A DNA stretch of 64,000 bases from NCBI GenBank assembly GCA_965279525.1, contig CBDIIB010000003.1, positions 1 to 64,000 of the forward strand. Direction: 5' to 3'. The translations under genes were made by a program, and so were the position numbers. The stretch's first letter is position 1. Every line of letters starts with the position of its first letter. Below the pieces are notes generated by a model that was not told the origin of the DNA, ran no database searches, and saw nothing but the letters and a program-made list of their open reading frames with translations. This stretch comes from Tagaea sp. (GTDB lineage Bacteria > Pseudomonadota > Alphaproteobacteria > CACIAM-22H2). Of this stretch, positions 60,419 through 64,000 are shown one piece after another.

Positions 60419-60432
60419 CTGATCCATGTCAA
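60419..60432 (-). promoter_or_regulatory. FNR/FixK-like site upstream of hemN
   Basis: Minus strand TTGAC-ATGG-ATCAG (8 of 10 consensus positions), centred about 42 bp upstream of ATG 60383. Confidence 0.65.
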
Positions 60433-60436
60433 TTCT

Positions 60437-61294
60437 TCAGCCCGCCAGCGCGCACTCGACGAACGCCTTCAAAAGCGGCTGGTCGCGACGCTCGGCAAGG
60501 CAGCAGGCATATTCGGCGACCTCGAGTGTGGCGTCGGCGAAGGGCAATGCGGCGAAACGCGGATCGGGGCCGAGCTCGTTCTCGAACACGATGCCGGTGC
60601 CGAATCCGGCGGCGACCGCCTCGCGCACGCCTTCGCGCGTGGCGACCTCGACGATGCGGGCAGGGGCGAGACCCGCCTGCGCAAGGGCCGCCTCGAAGCG
60701 CTCGCGCGTGGCCGAGCCACGCTCGCGCAGCACCAGCCGCTGGCCCGCGACTTCCGCCAGCGTCGGCGGGCGGCGGCGGCGTGCGGTTGCGGCCGGCACG
60801 AAGGCGACCAGCCGGTCGCTGCGCAGGCGCGTGACGGCCAGCCGCGGATCGGCAACCGCGCGGCCCATGATCCCGATATCCGCCTCGTAGGCGAGCAGGC
60901 TGCGCACCACCTCGTCCGAATTGCCGATGGCGAGCGCGAAATCGAGCCCGGGCACGCGCTTTTCGAGCGCACCCAGCACGGCCAACGCGTGTGCCGGCCC
61001 GTCGGCCGCCACGTTCAGGAACGCGCGCGACGGTGCATCGGTGCCGGCGACCACCGCCTTGGCCTCCTCGGCCAGATCGAACAGCCGGTCGGCCACGTCG
61101 AGCAGGCGCCGGCCGAGACGCGTCAGGCGGACCTGCCGGCCGCGCCGGTCGAACAGCGTGACACCATAGGTGCGCTCCAGCGCCTTCACCTGGGCCGACA
61201 GCGTGGGCTGGCTGACGCGTGCTGCCTCCGCCGCCCGGCTGAAACCGCCGGCGCGGGCGACAAGGCGGAAGGCGCGGAGCTGGACGAGATTCAT
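60437..61294 (-). CDS. LysR regulator of aminoethylphosphonate catabolism
   Basis: QLRAF...GGFSRAA...SQPTLSAQVKALE LysR HTH; RERGSATR; divergent from phnW. Confidence 0.9.
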   Translation of the reverse strand: MNLVQLRAFRLVARAGGFSRAAEAARVSQPTLSAQVKALERTYGVTLFDRRGRQVRLTRLGRRLLDVADRLFDLAEEAKAVVAGTDAPSRAFLNVAADGPAHALAVLGALEKRVPGLDFALAIGNSDEVVRSLLAYEADIGIMGRAVADPRLAVTRLRSDRLVAFVPAATARRRRPPTLAEVAGQRLVLRERGSATRERFEAALAQAGLAPARIVEVATREGVREAVAAGFGTGIVFENELGPDPRFAALPFADATLEVAEYACCLAERRDQPLLKAFVECALAG

Positions 61295-61296
61295 CT

Positions 61297-61333
61297 ATAG
61301 ATAAACCCGATTTGAAACATAGCCATTATGTAT
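61297..61333. promoter_or_regulatory. Two LysR-type boxes between lysR and phnW
   Basis: ATAG-N7-CGAT (61297-61311) and ATAG-N7-GTAT (61319-61333), both T-N11-A. Confidence 0.55.
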
Positions 61334-61397
61334 TGGACCTATGGATAGGGCAAGCGCGATGCTGCGCGATCCTTTCCCCGAACGAGGAACGCCCTTC

Positions 61398-64000
<2,603 letters not shown>

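Overview
High-GC (roughly 70% by eye) bacterial chromosomal DNA. Gene content and motifs (FNR/FixK boxes, a PleC/DivJ-type kinase, stand-alone PAS proteins) suggest an alphaproteobacterium, probably Rhodospirillales-like (inference). About 60 CDS and one tRNA-Thr(UGU); no integrase, transposase, phage structural gene or CRISPR array was recognised. In order: a TRAP transporter with four apparent +1 frameshifts and a divergent, internally duplicated GntR/FCD regulator; a sulfur-related neighbourhood (fccAB, luciferase-like monooxygenase, SsuA/NMT1-type binding protein, YeeE/YedE, TusA); hypotheticals; a hybrid kinase plus two PAS proteins; tRNA-Thr; AsmA; an uncharacterised Cro/XRE-HTH+PAS-like regulator and GNAT-like protein pair; a 2-aminoethylphosphonate (AEP)-type ABC transporter plus HAD, convergent with a Rieske oxygenase and a GcvT-family dehydrogenase; an orphan Fe3+ permease and ORFans; a Bcr/CflA MFS; the transglutaminase-DUF2126 / CP-ATP-grasp-alpha-E / transglutaminase operon; hutF/hutG; a PAS kinase; apt; modABC with a ModE box; a dpp/opp-type ABC plus M20 peptidase; hemN; and LysR-phnW-phnA-phnY. 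The best candidates for undescribed biology are the HTH-PAS/GNAT-like pair (20.0-22.2 kb) and a 62-aa twin-CX3C protein behind a perfect FNR box (6.8-7.1 kb). All family assignments come from motif recognition by eye; no database search was run.
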